This document shows, in pieces, positions 61,305 through 64,000 of a DNA stretch of 64,000 bases. Source of the DNA: Spirochaetaceae bacterium (lineage in GTDB: Bacteria; Spirochaetota; Spirochaetia; DSM-2461). The position numbers and the translations under genes are program-made. Where the stretch lies: the NCBI GenBank assembly GCA_051531975.1, contig JAOPTT010000010.1:160001-224000 (forward strand), read 5' to 3'. A model generated the notes under the pieces. That model was not told the origin of the DNA and did not search any database. It worked only from the letters and a program-made list of their open reading frames with translations. Position 1 is the first letter of the stretch. Each line of letters opens with the position of its first letter.

Positions 61305-62558
61305 TTACTTATATAATCTGTTAAAATCCTCTAGCATTTTAGCTGAAGCCTCTTCTAGAGACATAGCGTTAGCTAAAATTCCTGCACCAGTAATACACAT
61401 AGTGTCCCACATACCACTTGGAAGATAAGCTCTGTCAAAAAATGGATAACCGGCGATATGTGAATATTTATCAGCATAAACTGTTAAATCACCCATATCG
61501 CTACTAGCATCTGTTAAACCTGCAGGAATACCATTAGATGTTGCTATCCGACTTGAAATTGCTGGAGTTGCTAAATAATCAAGGAATACTTTTGCTGCTT
61601 CAATATTTGATGAATCTTTCCATATACCAACTGCTGTTTTTTCTCCAGTGATAAATGTAGGTTTGTCACCTTCGTAATAAGCTGGTACTGGGAAAAATCC
61701 AAACTCTGCATCAGGATTATATCCTTTAGCTCCTGTTATTACATAGTTACCAAAGAACTCAAATGCACTTTCCCCATTTGCAAATGCCATCTGTGTATCA
61801 TTCCATGTAGAAGTTAGCTTATCTACATTTAGGTATTCATTATCGTTCATTCTTTTCATAAAACCTGCAACAATATTCCACTTAGCAGTATCAAATGTTC
61901 CAGATACAAGTTCAGTTGCACTACTGTTATTTTTATCTGTTACATAAACAGAAGGAGCAGCCCAATCAAAGAAGTTACCTATAGTCCAGTTGTCTTTTCC
62001 ACCTATATGTACAGGTGTAACTCCAGATGCTTTTACTAATTCCATTGCATCAAAAAGGTCTTCCCATGTTTTAATGTTATCAATATCAACACCTGCGTTG
62101 TCAATTACTTCTTTATTATAAGCTATTCCAGAAAGGTCTACATCTAATGGAAGAACATAAATATGATCATCCTTATCTGTAATAACTGGTTTTATTGCTG
62201 GACTTATTTTATTTGTCCAACTTTCATTATCTAATATTTCTAAATATTCACTATATCTGGCAACTGACCATCCATGAGTTGTAAAAAGGTCTGGTAATCT
62301 ATTTGCAGCCATTTTAGTTTTCATCACCTGCTCATACTCACCTGCTGGAGGTATCAATTCAACAACAATGCCTTCCTGACTTGCATTAAATTCTTCAATA
62401 ACATCTGATATTACACCAGTAACAGTTTCATCTGCACCAAAGTTAACCATCATTGTCAATTCTGTAACAGAAATAGTCTCTTCCTGTTGACCATTAGCAA
62501 ATAAAAGACCTGATGCAGCTAAAAAAGCAACACCTACCAACTTTAAAAATGATTTCAT
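61305..62558 (-). CDS. Carbohydrate ABC transporter solute-binding protein
   Basis: Signal peptide ending LLFANGQQE; PDLF, YNK, TWEDL SBP_bac_1 motifs; ATG at 62558 with SD AAGGAG. Confidence 0.92.
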   Translation of the reverse strand: MKSFLKLVGVAFLAASGLLFANGQQEETISVTELTMMVNFGADETVTGVISDVIEEFNASQEGIVVELIPPAGEYEQVMKTKMAANRLPDLFTTHGWSVARYSEYLEILDNESWTNKISPAIKPVITDKDDHIYVLPLDVDLSGIAYNKEVIDNAGVDIDNIKTWEDLFDAMELVKASGVTPVHIGGKDNWTIGNFFDWAAPSVYVTDKNNSSATELVSGTFDTAKWNIVAGFMKRMNDNEYLNVDKLTSTWNDTQMAFANGESAFEFFGNYVITGAKGYNPDAEFGFFPVPAYYEGDKPTFITGEKTAVGIWKDSSNIEAAKVFLDYLATPAISSRIATSNGIPAGLTDASSDMGDLTVYADKYSHIAGYPFFDRAYLPSGMWDTMCITGAGILANAMSLEEASAKMLEDFNRLYK

Positions 62559-62607
62559 AATTATCTCCTTATATATATTCACCAGCTTGATACTGATGAA
62601 TTATAAT

Positions 62608-62763
62608 CTATTTATACATAGGAAGCCACTTTTCATGGACACCTAATAATTTGTTACAAATTGTTTTTTTTAGGCTATCAAACAGAAATAAATCCCCTAT
62701 TAGATTCATTAAAAATATTGCACTTACTGCCTCTAAATACATAATCTTAGCTCTTAACATCAT
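62608..62763 (-). CDS. Putative 51-aa small protein at the head of the sugar ABC operon
   Basis: SD GGAGG then ATG ATG; MMLRAKIMYLEAVSAIFLMNLIGDLFLFDSLKKTICNKLLGVHEKWLPMYK*. Absent from the ORF track. Confidence 0.35.
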   Translation of the reverse strand: MMLRAKIMYLEAVSAIFLMNLIGDLFLFDSLKKTICNKLLGVHEKWLPMYK

Positions 62764-62778
62764 AACCTCCGCCCTTTA

Positions 62779-63096
62779 CTGAAAACATACTGTAAATTTT
62801 CTGTAACTGCTTTAAGTAATATTACAGTCTGATTCCAATTTCTGTCAACTAAGAATAGGATAATTATAGAATTAAAAGATTTCTCAAAACCGCATATATG
62901 TTATAACTTGTTAATACATATAGATTTAAAGATATTTAGGAATTTTAAATAAATATGTTTCAATAGATCGTTTAACTGGAAATTTTCTGTAAATTGACTG
63001 TAAATTAGTTAAATACAGATGATTTTTATTATATATATCGTCCTGAGATCGGTGGTTTTTTTGCCCTATTTCCTATGTTTTTACAGTTATTTACAG
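62779..63096. promoter_or_regulatory. Array of CTGTAA(A)-type operator half-sites
   Basis: 11-bp-period triplets at 62779/62790/62801 and 62976/62987/62998; inverted TTACAG copies at 62822, 63081 and 63091. Confidence 0.6.
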
Positions 63097-63437
63097 AAAA
63101 CTTTAAGCTTCTACAATAATTGGGTCTAATAATGTTAAAAATCTTAATAATGATAATTCCTCAGAAGTATCACTATTTCATATTAAAACCAATATTAAAT
63201 TTAATTCAAATTCTGTAATATCTTCACCTAAGAAAGCATAAATAATAGTTTAATTTCTTCGATTCACTTATATATTCTATATTTTTTTTATTATTTCCCA
63301 TTTATATGGTAGGATATGGGGGAGAATTGCATTTATTATTTCAGAAAGGAAGTAATTCTTTATATATTTTTGCGATAAAACACGAAAATCTAACACTAAA
63401 TGAATATTAGCTATATAATACTAAAACAAGGAAGCAT

Positions 63438-64000
63438 ATGAATATTAAAAAGAAATACACATTTAGATATACAATTTTATTCTATTTTATAACACTCTTT
63501 ACTGTATCTTTTTCAAGTATAATTATTTATACATATATTAATAATAGAAAGGTTGTTTTAGATGTTGCTGAAGATTTAATTAATCAAGTTAGTAATACTA
63601 TAATTGAAAAAACAGTTAACTTCTTAGAACCAGCTAGTAAAATGACCCAAATGAGTGGTCAATTAGTTAAATCTAAACTTATAGATATTGAAGATACTAA
63701 ATATATTGAAAATTATGTTATCGATACTTTAAATGTATATCCACAACAAACAATGTTTTATATAGGCTATGAAAGTGGTGGATTTGTAGCTTCATATAGA
63801 ATAGACGATGGTCTAATTAAAACAAAGATTATCGATACAAGTAATAGTAAAAAAGAAGTGACATTTAATTACCGTGATATATATGGAAACATAGCAAAAA
63901 CAGAAACTGATGTTAATGATAGTTATGATCCAAGGATTCGTCCGTGGTATATCGGCGCTAAAGAGACTGGAAATAGTTATTGGTCAGATGTTTATATCTT
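63438..64000 (+). CDS. Membrane sensor with dCache_1 domain (3'-truncated by window edge)
   Basis: ATG 63438 after AAGGA; MNIKKKYTFRYTILFYFITLF... TM helix; open to the window end with YDPRIRPWY...YWSDVY dCache motif. Not in the ORF track because it lacks a stop. Confidence 0.85.
   Translation, partial: MNIKKKYTFRYTILFYFITLFTVSFSSIIIYTYINNRKVVLDVAEDLINQVSNTIIEKTVNFLEPASKMTQMSGQLVKSKLIDIEDTKYIENYVIDTLNVYPQQTMFYIGYESGGFVASYRIDDGLIKTKIIDTSNSKKEVTFNYRDIYGNIAKTETDVNDSYDPRIRPWYIGAKETGNSYWSDVYI

Noticed and set aside
1..64000. rRNA, tRNA, IS/transposase, prophage or known metabolite riboswitches
   Set aside because: No recognisable signatures in the intergenic regions or ORFs by eye; a cmscan/tRNAscan run would be needed to exclude them formally.

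Overview
AT-rich (~30% GC by eye) bacterial chromosomal segment, most likely from a free-living spirochaete (Spirochaetia). This assignment is an inference from the prfA-prmC-rel-trmL and def-fmt-PASTA gene orders, a type-2 IleRS, a TIGR03546/TIGR03545 pair and an 'LFAxG' solute-binding-protein signal. Most of the window is housekeeping and signalling genes: translation factors, Rel, PAP I, tandem HAMP-GAF-PP2C phosphatases, a hybrid kinase with a REC-adenylate cyclase, SRAP/DinB, RsgA and IleRS. The right third is accessory. I found no rRNA, tRNA, CRISPR array, transposase or reverse transcriptase. The most interesting unannotated signals are: (1) a ~165-nt non-coding RNA at 47868-48038 behind a sigma-28-type promoter, with four hairpins whose loops alternate CCCUCC / UUGCCU; (2) directly downstream, a secreted 1252-aa protein with two NlpC/P60-like domains (first degenerate, second with Cys-His-Glu) and a GC-shifted patch over the catalytic Cys, followed by an exported beta-propeller-like protein, resembling a polymorphic toxin-immunity pair; (3) a two-uORF attenuator cascade with mutually exclusive helices upstream of rsgA; (4) a duplicated LacI segment bracketing a GH36-like / cupin / TylM1-like methyltransferase cassette; (5) a palindrome and ~55-bp tandem-repeat array upstream of ileS.
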